Below, piece by piece: positions 26,827-34,095 of a stretch of 64,000 nt of DNA. The DNA is from Victivallales bacterium (GTDB taxonomy: Bacteria > Verrucomicrobiota > Lentisphaeria > Victivallales > UBA1829): positions 76,395-140,394 of the forward strand of contig JAZNPK010000002.1 of assembly GCA_045589595.1 (NCBI GenBank). Direction: 5' to 3'. A model generated the notes under the pieces. It saw nothing but the letters and a program-made list of their open reading frames with translations. It searched no databases and was not told the DNA's origin. Position 1 is the stretch's first letter, and the number at the start of each line of letters is the position of its first letter. The position numbers and the translations under genes are program-made.

Positions 26827-26992
26827 CACGCGCCCCACACCTCAACCGCAGGGCGCAGCACAAGCCCCGCCGCGGCGGGGCTGCATAAAAACCGGGCGGC
26901 TGACGGGGTTCTAATCCCGCCAGCCGCCCGGTTTTTGTGCGCACGGTTCCACCGTGCCGTGCTGCGCCCGTGGCTGAGGTGTGGGGCGCGTG
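26827..26992. other. Compound inverted-repeat element B: ~32-bp outer helix closing three hairpins, including the kdgK terminator
   Basis: Outer arms 26827-26861 and 26959-26992. Inner hairpins at 26864-26881 (a perfect 18-nt palindrome), 26887-26936 and 26941-26957. Coordinates were codon-walked against ORF 26738..26944. Confidence 0.75.
26887..26936. terminator. Rho-independent terminator inside element B (serves kdgK-like gene)
   Basis: aaaaaccgggcggctg-(18-nt loop)-cagccgcccggttttt: a 16-bp stem including the A5/T5 tracts. Confidence 0.7.
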
Positions 26993-27001
26993 TTTTTGCG
27001 T

Positions 27002-27037
27002 AAAAAAAGAGCGGATACCGGTTTTGGCATCCGCTCT
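27002..27037 (-). terminator. Rho-independent terminator of the pal/ompA-like gene
   Basis: On the minus strand agagcggat-(12-nt loop)-atccgctct is followed by ttttttt, about 22 nt after the stop at 27059. Confidence 0.75.
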
Positions 27038-27058
27038 GTGATTTGCTGACAGCAGATC

Positions 27059-27709
27059 TTATTTTGCGTTCAGGAGAACGGGCACGAAATCGGCTCTGCG
27101 GTTCCGGGACCATGCTTCTGCGGTATTGCCGAGGACGGCGGGTTTTTCTTCACCGTAGCTGAGGGTGGCGATCCGGTTTTCAGTGATGCCGCGATCCTGA
27201 AGGGCGGTTTTCACTGCGAGTGCGCGGCGTTCGCCGAGAGCGCGGTTGTATTCATGAGTACCGCGATCATCGCAGTTGCCTTCCACCACAACGCCGGTAC
27301 CGGGGTTCTGGGTGAGGAATGCGGCGATGGCATCGACTTTGCTGCTTTCCGTGGGGGGTACTGCGAAGGTATCGAATGCAAAATAAACGGGCTGGAAAGC
27401 GGGTGCATTTGTGATCCGTTTGCCGAAGCCTTCAAGATAATCGCTGCCTTCAGCGGTGAAATCGCCGTACTGACCGGGCTGATTGCTGTCGATCGCGTCG
27501 CCAAGCTGACCGTCAATGCCGCTCAGATCGCCGGCTGTGGGGTTGGGATCGGTGTAACCTGCTCCTGCTCCGGCTCCTGAACCGTCAACGGGTTTATCAT
27601 TGACCCAGAAACGGCTGTCCGGCTGTTCTTCATCGGTTGCGCATGCTGCAGAAAACAGGGAGACGCCGAGGGCGGCTGTTGCGAGAAGTGCCAATTTGAC
27701 GATTTTCAT
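27059..27709 (-). CDS. pal: Peptidoglycan-associated lipoprotein / OmpA-family protein
   Basis: Track ORF 27059..27760 starts on a TTG; the ATG MKIVKLALLATAALGVSLFSAAC at 27709 gives a signal peptide with a lipobox-like end. OmpA_C motifs NCDDRGTHEYNRALGERRA and NRRADFV. Confidence 0.85.
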   Translation of the reverse strand: MKIVKLALLATAALGVSLFSAACATDEEQPDSRFWVNDKPVDGSGAGAGAGYTDPNPTAGDLSGIDGQLGDAIDSNQPGQYGDFTAEGSDYLEGFGKRITNAPAFQPVYFAFDTFAVPPTESSKVDAIAAFLTQNPGTGVVVEGNCDDRGTHEYNRALGERRALAVKTALQDRGITENRIATLSYGEEKPAVLGNTAEAWSRNRRADFVPVLLNAK

Positions 27710-27881
27710 GATGGCTGATTCCTTATAGTTAGTGATGATTATGGTATGTACCATTAACAATTTAACCCATCTTTGGAAAATTTCAACAAAAAATTACAAG
27801 TTTTTCTTGACTATCTTCAGATTTATGGTATTTTTCTATAATAAAATTGCCAAACAACAACCATTTTGGGAGAAATACATC

Positions 27882-28913
27882 ATGTGTTACGAAAGAGAAA
27901 TCAGAACTGACATTGACTGGGCATCTCTGGGATTCAGCTTCATGCCCACAAGATCGAACATCCGTTACAAGTACAAAGACGGTGCATGGGATCAGGGAAC
28001 GCTGACCACCGATTTCAATATCAGCATGTCTGTTGCCGCCACCTGTCTGCACTACGGACAGAATGCTTTTGAAGGTATGAAAGCGTTCCGCTGCAAAGAT
28101 GGCAAAGTCCGTATTTTCCGTCCCTGGCAGAACCATCAGCGCATGAACAGTTCCGCCCACCAGCTTCTCGGTCCGGAACTGCCCGAAGAACTTTTCATCG
28201 ACGCACTGAAACGCGTTGTCCGCGACAACATCGACTATGTCCCGCCCTACGGCTCCGGCGGATCCCTTTACATCCGTCCGCTTTACATCGGTACCGGCGC
28301 TCAGATCGGTGTTGCTCCGGCTGATGAATACGAATTCATCGTCATGGTCATGCCTGTCGGCAAATACTACAAGGAAGGTCTCAAAGGCGTTCCCGCACTT
28401 GTGATCGAAGACTTTGACCGTGCCGCTCCCAAAGGAATGGGCAGATACAAAGTTTCCGGCAACTACGGTGCCAGCCTCATGCCTGCCAAACTGGCAAAGA
28501 AAGCCGGTTTCCCCATTCCGCTGTTCCTTGATCCGCTGGAACACAAATACATTGACGAATTCGGTACCAGCAACTTCCTCGCCATCACGCAGGACGGCAA
28601 GTATGTCACCAGCGATTCCCCCACCATTCTGCCAAGCGTGACGAATATGTCCCTGATGCAGGTCGCGGAAGACCTCGGTATGACTGTTGAAAAACGTCCC
28701 ATCGTGGCGGAAGAGGAACTGCCCGGGTTCGCAGAAGTCGCCGCTTGCGGTACAGCTGTGGTCATTACGCCCATCAGTTCTGTCACTATCCACGGCAAAA
28801 AGATCGACTACTGCAGCGAATGCGGTCCTGTGTCCAAAAAACTTTATGACCACCTGACCGGTATTCAGTACGGCGAGATCGAAGATACGCACGGCTGGAT
28901 GCTCGAAGTCTGA
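27882..28913 (+). CDS. ilvE: Branched-chain amino acid aminotransferase (class IV)
   Basis: Track ORF 27732..28913 starts on a GTG; the ATG MCYEREIRTDIDW at 27882 has the RBS gggagaaa. YGQNAFEGMKAF, GGSLYIRPL, GNYGASL, CGTAVVITPI. Confidence 0.9.
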   Translation: MCYEREIRTDIDWASLGFSFMPTRSNIRYKYKDGAWDQGTLTTDFNISMSVAATCLHYGQNAFEGMKAFRCKDGKVRIFRPWQNHQRMNSSAHQLLGPELPEELFIDALKRVVRDNIDYVPPYGSGGSLYIRPLYIGTGAQIGVAPADEYEFIVMVMPVGKYYKEGLKGVPALVIEDFDRAAPKGMGRYKVSGNYGASLMPAKLAKKAGFPIPLFLDPLEHKYIDEFGTSNFLAITQDGKYVTSDSPTILPSVTNMSLMQVAEDLGMTVEKRPIVAEEELPGFAEVAACGTAVVITPISSVTIHGKKIDYCSECGPVSKKLYDHLTGIQYGEIEDTHGWMLEV

Positions 28914-30052
28914 TGTCCGGTAAAGTTCTGCGGATCGGGCTGATCGGCTTTGGTGCCATCGGCAAAGTCCACGCTTGTGCCTGCGCAAACCTGCCGTACT
29001 ATTACGATATGCAGGGCGTCCGTGCGCAGATCACACGAGTCTGTACTGCTCATGAGGAAACTGCACAGCGTGCCGCTGAAACGATCGGCGGTAATGCCGT
29101 GGCGGTTTCCGATTACAGAGCGATCACGGAAAATCCCGATATTGATGCGGTGGATATCGCCACGCCCAATGCTCTGCATTTCGATGCACTGATGTCGGCG
29201 ATCCGCCACAATAAACATATCTACTGCGAAAAACCACTGGTCGCAACCGTGGAAGAAGCAAATGCCGTGGAGAAGTGTCTCGCTGATTATACCGGGACCT
29301 CACGCGTCGTTCTGCAGTACCGGTTTTCTCCGGCTGTCATACGGGCAAAACAACTTATCGATGAGGGCAGACTCGGCACGATCCTTGAATTCCGCGGTCA
29401 TTTTCTCCATGCAGGAAGTTCACGGCCCGATACCGTGATCAAGCCGTGGAAACTGGAAGGCGGCGTTATCGCTGATCTCGGCAGCCATACTCTGGATGTC
29501 CTCCGGTTCCTGCTGGGGGATTTCGACAGCCTCGCAGCCACAAGACGCACCGCTTATCCCACCAGACCCGATGGAAAGGGCGGTATCGTTCCCGTACCGA
29601 CAGAAGATAATATGATGGTTCTGCTCCGCTTGAAAAACGGTGCAGACGGTATGGTCGGTTCGTCAAAGATCACGACCGGCGCGGAAGATGATCTCTGCTT
29701 TGAAATCAATGGTAGCAACGGCGCTGTCCGCTTCAGCGGTATGGACCCGCATCACCTCGATTTTTACGATAATACCATTTCCGACAGACCATACGGCGGT
29801 TTGAAAGGATGGACAAAGATCGACTGCGGACAGCGTTTTGAAGCACCCGCATCCGGATTCCCCGCCGCAAAATCCGCGATCGGATGGTTCAGAAGCCATA
29901 TCCATTCCTACTGGGATTTTGTCAGTTGCGCCGCAAATAACAAGATGTCTTCACCCGATATCAGGGACGGGATCTACCTCCAGCGCGTCCTGGACGCTGT
30001 CGTTCGCGCCGCAGATTCCGGACAACGGGTAACCATCCATACTGACGCCTGA
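28913..30052 (+). CDS. Gfo/Idh/MocA-family NAD(P)-dependent oxidoreductase
   Basis: 379 aa. Rossmann motif LRIGLIGFGAIGKVHA, plus EKPL. The start overlaps the ilvE stop (TGATG). Confidence 0.85.
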   Translation: MSGKVLRIGLIGFGAIGKVHACACANLPYYYDMQGVRAQITRVCTAHEETAQRAAETIGGNAVAVSDYRAITENPDIDAVDIATPNALHFDALMSAIRHNKHIYCEKPLVATVEEANAVEKCLADYTGTSRVVLQYRFSPAVIRAKQLIDEGRLGTILEFRGHFLHAGSSRPDTVIKPWKLEGGVIADLGSHTLDVLRFLLGDFDSLAATRRTAYPTRPDGKGGIVPVPTEDNMMVLLRLKNGADGMVGSSKITTGAEDDLCFEINGSNGAVRFSGMDPHHLDFYDNTISDRPYGGLKGWTKIDCGQRFEAPASGFPAAKSAIGWFRSHIHSYWDFVSCAANNKMSSPDIRDGIYLQRVLDAVVRAADSGQRVTIHTDA

Positions 30053-30200
30053 AACAACGCCGGGGGCGCGATCGCCGGAGCTTGCTCCGGCACATGCCAA
30101 CCACAAAAAAACGACCACCGCAGGGCGGCCGTTTTTTTTGTGGCTGACATGGAAGCCCACGGGTGTGGGCTTGATCGCGCCCGGCGTCGTTTCAGGCGTC
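30044..30200. other. Compound inverted-repeat element C: ~27-bp outer helix (left arm overlaps the stop codon) closing three hairpins, including a bidirectional terminator
   Basis: Outer arms 30044-30073 and 30173-30200. Inner hairpins at 30074-30091, 30101-30143 and 30153-30172. Coordinates were codon-walked against ORFs 29951..30160 and 30140... Confidence 0.75.
30101..30143. terminator. Bidirectional rho-independent terminator inside element C
   Basis: ccacaaaaaaacg...cgttttttttgtgg with an inner ccgc/gcgg stem. It lies between the convergent genes 28913..30052 (+) and 30221..31222 (-). Confidence 0.7.
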
Positions 30201-30220
30201 GGACGCTGTTTTTACGGAGA

Positions 30221-31222
30221 TCAGATCTTGACCCATTTGCCGGTTTTATCTGCCTGATAGAGTGCGCCCATCACGAGATTTCTGTCGGCGGCATCCTGAA
30301 CGGAAATGAGGGGCACATCTTTGCCGTCCATATATCGATCGAGGAAGAGTTCGAATGCGTGGGGCAGGGTGGCGGGCAGATCGGTCCAGGGAGTTTTTCC
30401 GTCTGCGCCTTCCACATATTTGCTCTGGAAGAACAGTTGTTCGTTCACATAAACGGCATGACCTTCTGTACCGCAGATCTCGCAGACTACGGGATTGGCG
30501 ATATCGACCCATCCGGCGGAAATGGATGCGATCGTCTGATCGGCATAAACCATCATACCTTCGCCGTATTCATCGCAATTTTCGCCGTATCTGCCGGTCA
30601 GGGTATGGATGCTTGCCATAACTTTTTCAGGTTTGCCCATAAGCCACATCAGAATATCGAGAGAGTGCGTTCCCAGATCGCCGAATGCACCGCAGCCTGC
30701 AATGGACGGATCTGCCATCCAACGCCATTCTGTATCGAACCACCCACCGAGTGAACCGGAATGACAGTTGCTGTGGCGGATCCGGGTAATGCGTCCGAAA
30801 TTGCCGGCTTCGATCTGCTGTTTCAGAAACTGATGAACGGGAAGTCCGCGCATAAAGTAACCCGTCTGAAAAATCACACCGGCAGCTTTGACTGCATCTG
30901 CCATCTGCTGTGCTTCTTCCGCTGAAAATCCCAGCGGTTTTTCAACAAACATGTGCTTCTTCGCCGACGCCGCACGGAAAACAAGATCCGTATGACGGTT
31001 CGTTTCGGAACAGATGACCACAGCGGTGATCTCAGGATCGTTCCAGATCTCTTCCACATCAGATACAACTTTGGAATGAAGTTTTTCCGCGTTCATCTGC
31101 GCACGGGCTGTATCGTGATCCCATACCGCCGCAACTTCAAGTCCTTCACGGGCATTGACCATGTTGACAAATGCAGGCGTGTGAATGTGTCCGCAACCGA
31201 CAAATGCAATCTTCTTCGTCAT
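30221..31222 (-). CDS. Gfo/Idh/MocA-family NAD(P)-dependent oxidoreductase
   Basis: Track ORF 30221..31711; the true start is MTKKIAFVGCGHIHTPAF at 31222 (residue 164 of the track ORF). EKPL motif present. The upstream 163 codons run through non-coding repeats. Confidence 0.85.
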   Translation of the reverse strand: MTKKIAFVGCGHIHTPAFVNMVNAREGLEVAAVWDHDTARAQMNAEKLHSKVVSDVEEIWNDPEITAVVICSETNRHTDLVFRAASAKKHMFVEKPLGFSAEEAQQMADAVKAAGVIFQTGYFMRGLPVHQFLKQQIEAGNFGRITRIRHSNCHSGSLGGWFDTEWRWMADPSIAGCGAFGDLGTHSLDILMWLMGKPEKVMASIHTLTGRYGENCDEYGEGMMVYADQTIASISAGWVDIANPVVCEICGTEGHAVYVNEQLFFQSKYVEGADGKTPWTDLPATLPHAFELFLDRYMDGKDVPLISVQDAADRNLVMGALYQADKTGKWVKI

Positions 31223-31272
31223 AAAAAATACCTTTCTGTTGATAAAATGATCGCTTGATGCGATAACATGAA

Positions 31273-31301
31273 AATATACCCCGGAATAAGCGAGATTGCA
31301 A
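31273..31301 (-). promoter_or_regulatory. Sigma70-type promoter for 30221..31222
   Basis: On the minus strand TTGCAA (31301-31296), a 17-nt spacer, then TATATT (31278-31273), about 50 nt upstream of the ATG at 31222. Coordinates were codon-walked against the track ORF. Confidence 0.55.
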
Positions 31302-31362
31302 ATAAGTTTCCCAATTCTATGTGTTGTTTTTCGTAAAGTATGAAGAAACTGTGTGCAGCGTT

Positions 31363-31775
31363 CCGCCGCTGCACCACGGCAAGGGCAGCGCCCTTGACGC
31401 GAGCAGAAAACTTGTACTTCGTACGGCGTTTTCTGCCGTAAGTTTTTGCAACGCGGTTGCAAAAACGGTAGAAATAGAGAGAACCTCAAGAAGTCCCATC
31501 GTTCCGACGAATAAGCGATAGCGTTATGAGGAGGAACTATATGGTACACACCTGTGTACATTTCGCACTCCGTGCGACCAGCGGACTGCCGCTGGACCGC
31601 AGCAAGGGCAGCGCCCTTGACGCGAGCAGAAAACTTGTACTTCGTACGGCGTTTTCTGCCGTAAGTTTTTGCAACGCGGTTGCAAAACGGTAGAAATAGA
31701 GTAAAACTCAAGCAGTCTCATCGTTCTGACGAATAAGCGTTAGCGTTATGAGGAGGAACTATATGGCACACACTG
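31363..31775. repeat. Tandem direct repeat, 2 copies of ~223 bp, with an identical 85-nt three-hairpin core
   Basis: Copy 1 is 31363-31585 and copy 2 is 31586-~31775. The core caagggcagcgcccttgacgcgagcagaaaacttgtacttcgtacggcgttttctgccgtaagtttttgcaacgcggttgcaaaa is identical at 31380-31464 and 31603-31687. The 3' halves differ by one A indel and about 8 substitutions. Each copy ends in gaggaggaactatATGg. Confidence 0.9.
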
Positions 31776-31782
31776 TGTGCGC

Positions 31783-31805
31783 AAAAAAAGCAGTTCGCAC
31801 TGCTT
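31783..31805 (-). terminator. Rho-independent terminator (distal repeat copy)
   Basis: On the minus strand aagcagt-gcga-actgctt is followed by tttttgcgc (T-rich). Confidence 0.6.
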
Positions 31806-31923
31806 AATCCTTACTTTTGTCGCCATATTTGTTTAAAAACAAATGGCTCCGGCAGTAGGATTGCCTTCGCTTTGCTCGGCGCACCTTCGGTGTCGAACCT
31901 TGACGGTTCGTTTTTGCTGGCGC

Positions 31924-31956
31924 AAAAAAAGCAGTTCGGCTGGAGCCTCACTGCTT
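31924..31956 (-). terminator. Rho-independent terminator downstream of tRNA-Asn (proximal repeat copy)
   Basis: On the minus strand aagcagt-(14-nt loop)-actgctt is followed by tttttgcgc, about 37 nt after the tRNA 3' end. Confidence 0.6.
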
Positions 31957-31992
31957 AATCCTACATTCTACGCCATTTTTTGACACAAAAAA

Positions 31993-32067
31993 TGGCTCCG
32001 GCAGTAGGATTCGAACCTACGACCAAGTGGTTAACAGCCACCTACTCTACCGCTGAGCTATGCCGGA
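31993..32067 (-). tRNA. tRNA-Asn (GTT)
   Basis: The reverse complement is tccggcatagctcagcggtagagtaggtggctgttaaccacttggtcgtaggttcgaatcctactgccggagcca. Acceptor tccggca/tgccgga, anticodon loop ctGTTaa, T arm gtagg-ttcgaat-cctac, encoded CCA; 75 nt. Confidence 0.9.
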
Positions 32068-32152
32068 GCGTTTATAGGTAATAATATGCCCTCATTTTTT
32101 GATTTGTCAAGCGGATATTGAAAAATATCTGAAAAATATTCAGAATGCGGGC

Positions 32153-32181
32153 ATAAAAAAAGGATGACCGAAGTCATCCTT
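32153..32181 (-). terminator. Rho-independent terminator downstream of tRNA-Lys
   Basis: On the minus strand aaggatgac-ttcg-gtcatcctt is followed by ttttttatgc, 15 nt after the tRNA 3' end. Confidence 0.8.
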
Positions 32182-32195
32182 GAATTACCAAAAAG

Positions 32196-32271
32196 TGGTG
32201 AGCCGGCGGGGGCTCGAACCCCGGACCACCGCCTTAAAAGGGCGATGCTCTACCGACTGAGCTACCGGCCC
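32196..32271 (-). tRNA. tRNA-Lys (TTT)
   Basis: The reverse complement is gggccggtagctcagtcggtagagcatcgcccttttaaggcggtggtccggggttcgagcccccgccggctcacca. Anticodon loop ctTTTaa, encoded CCA, 76 nt. Coordinates were codon-walked against ORF 32164... Confidence 0.9.
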
Positions 32272-32362
32272 ACTCTGGTAAATGAAACACTCTCGTGCCT
32301 CATGCTCTTTAATGTAGCACTCATTTTCAAAAAATCAAGCCCGAAATTAAAAAAAATCGGGA

Positions 32363-32578
32363 TTATTTTTGACGGAACACGATTCTGCCCTTGGTCAAGT
32401 CGTAGGGAGACATTTCCAAAGTAACAGAATCACCGGGCAGGATCCGGATGAAATTGAGACGCATTTTACCGCTGATGTGAGCGAGAACATTATGGCCGTT
32501 CTGAAGTTCCACCAGGAACATGGTGTTCGGAAGCAGTTCTTTGACTACTCCTTCAACTCGGATGACGTCTTTAGACAC
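32363..32578 (-). CDS. infA: Translation initiation factor IF-1
   Basis: 71 aa: [71 protein letters not shown], a canonical IF-1 S1-fold sequence. Confidence 0.97.
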   Translation of the reverse strand: MSKDVIRVEGVVKELLPNTMFLVELQNGHNVLAHISGKMRLNFIRILPGDSVTLEMSPYDLTKGRIVFRQK

Positions 32579-33341
32579 GGGTTAAAACCTCCGTTTGGTC
32601 TTCTCCAATGAGAATCATGTGTTCAAATTGTGCCGATTTTTTGCCGTCGGCGGTACGGACGGTCCAATTGTCGGATTCGACAAAGACCTTATGAGTGCCC
32701 AGATTGAGCATAGGTTCGATACAAAGCACCATCCCCGGCAACAGTTTCGCACCGTGTCCGTGGCGTGGATCTGTAAAATTGGGGACATCCGGCGGTTCGT
32801 GCAGGCGGATCCCGCAGCCGTGTCCCACATAATCCCGGACGATCCCGAGTTTATTGGCATTGGCGACTTTTTCGACAGCTGCGGAAATATCCCGGACGCA
32901 ATTGCCGTTTCTGGCAGCGGCGATACCGGCTTCCAGTGCTGCAACGGTGCCGTCCAGCAGCCGTTTCTCATCCCCTTCCGGTTCTTCGCCGACATAGACT
33001 GCGCGGGCGCAATCGCCGATGGCTCCGTTGATTGCAACGCCCACATCCAGTCCCACGATATCACCTTTTTTGATGATCTGGTTCGGGGAGGCGATGCCGT
33101 GAACAACGACGTCGTTGAGAGAAATACAGATATTGCAGGGGAATCCCCCGTAGCCGAGGAATGCCGGTTTCCCGCCCAGAGAACGGATGATCGCACCGGC
33201 GATCATATCCAGTTCCTGAGTTGACATCCCTTCCTGAACGGCTTCGGCGATCTGGTCACGGGCAATGGCAGTGGCTCTTGCAGCCTCGCGGATCCGTGTG
33301 ATCTCCCCGGGGGTATGGATGATATATTTACGTTTCAGCAT
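32571..33341 (-). CDS. map: Methionine aminopeptidase, type I
   Basis: 256 aa. Metal ligands in context: [44 protein letters not shown]. It overlaps infA by 8 nt. Confidence 0.95.
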   Translation of the reverse strand: MLKRKYIIHTPGEITRIREAARATAIARDQIAEAVQEGMSTQELDMIAGAIIRSLGGKPAFLGYGGFPCNICISLNDVVVHGIASPNQIIKKGDIVGLDVGVAINGAIGDCARAVYVGEEPEGDEKRLLDGTVAALEAGIAAARNGNCVRDISAAVEKVANANKLGIVRDYVGHGCGIRLHEPPDVPNFTDPRHGHGAKLLPGMVLCIEPMLNLGTHKVFVESDNWTVRTADGKKSAQFEHMILIGEDQTEVLTRV

Positions 33342-33351
33342 AAGGTATATA

Positions 33352-34005
33352 TCAGTTCAGAACGGCGACGAGCGCAGCGTAGCCCTGATCTTTCGGCAGG
33401 GAGGAATCGATCTTGGAAAGCATATTTTTCTGTTCGTAATATGCCACCAGAGGCGCGGTCTGTTCCTGATAGACTTTCAGGCGGTTCTGGGCAGTTTCCA
33501 GAGAGTCGTCGGAGCGCTGATAGAGTTCACCGCCGCAGGAATCGCAGATGCCTTCCTGTTTGGGTTTGCTGAACAGTTTGTTGAAACTTGCACCGCATGC
33601 ACGGCATGTGAGGCGGGCGGTCAGTCGCTGGATCAGCAGATCAACGGGTGCGTCAAAGAGAACGACGGCATCCAGAGTCATGCCGATTTCTTTCATTGCT
33701 TTGTCAAGAAGTTCCGCCTGGGGAACAGTACGGGGGAAGCCGTCAAGAATGAATCCGGCTTTGCAATCATCGGAGGCGAGGCGTTTTGCCACCATGCCAG
33801 CAACGATTTCATCGGGAACGAGTTTACCGGCATCCATATAGGATTTTGCGCTGTTGCCCAGTTCGGTACCGTTTTTGATTTCTGCCCGGAGAATATCGCC
33901 GGTGGAGATGTGGGCAAGGTTTTCCGCTTTCATCAGCGGATCGGAAAGCGTGCCTTTACCCGCGCCCGGAGGACCGAGAAAGACCAGATTTTTTTTCTTG
34001 ATCAT
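33352..34005 (-). CDS. adk: Adenylate kinase (zinc-lid type)
   Basis: Track ORF 33352..34080; start MIKKKNLVFLGPPGAGKGT at 34005 (RBS ggag). Lid motif CRACGASF...CDSCGGELYQRSDD. Confidence 0.95.
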   Translation of the reverse strand: MIKKKNLVFLGPPGAGKGTLSDPLMKAENLAHISTGDILRAEIKNGTELGNSAKSYMDAGKLVPDEIVAGMVAKRLASDDCKAGFILDGFPRTVPQAELLDKAMKEIGMTLDAVVLFDAPVDLLIQRLTARLTCRACGASFNKLFSKPKQEGICDSCGGELYQRSDDSLETAQNRLKVYQEQTAPLVAYYEQKNMLSKIDSSLPKDQGYAALVAVLN

Positions 34006-34095
34006 GTTTTTGACTCCTGTCGTAACAAATTTTTGAAAAATTAAATTTTTATAATATACTTCAAAGCGCAGAGAAGTCAAGCGGATTCAGGAATT

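Larger units (their letters stand above)
31779..32011 (-). repeat. tRNA-Asn-linked repeat: two copies of a unit made of the tRNA 3'-terminal 19 nt, a spacer and a terminator
   Basis: Unit U1 is ~31920-32011 and overlaps the real tRNA 3' end. Unit U2 is ~31779-31862. Both contain gcgcaaaaaaagcagt...actgcttaatcc...aaatggctccggcagtaggatt. The 19-mer tggctccggcagtaggatt occurs at 31844-31862 and 31993-32011. Confidence 0.85.

Noticed and set aside
31223-31711. The N-terminal extension of ORF 30221..31711 (163 extra codons), and the minus-strand ORFs 31317..31499 and 31524..31721, as Cys/Arg-rich small proteins encoded by the repeats.
   Set aside because: The oxidoreductase Rossmann motif starts right at MTKKIAFVGCGH (31222), with a consensus promoter at 31273-31301 inside the supposed extension. 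The two repeat copies are read in different frames because of a 1-nt indel, so no protein is conserved between copies.
31779-32067. An integrated genomic island or prophage at tRNA-Asn, bounded by the duplicated 19-nt tRNA 3' end (attL/attR).
   Set aside because: The direct repeats are only ~149 bp apart. No integrase, excisionase or cargo lies between them or anywhere in the window. The units carry terminators, which fits a tRNA-linked tandem duplication better. A decayed att scar cannot be fully excluded.
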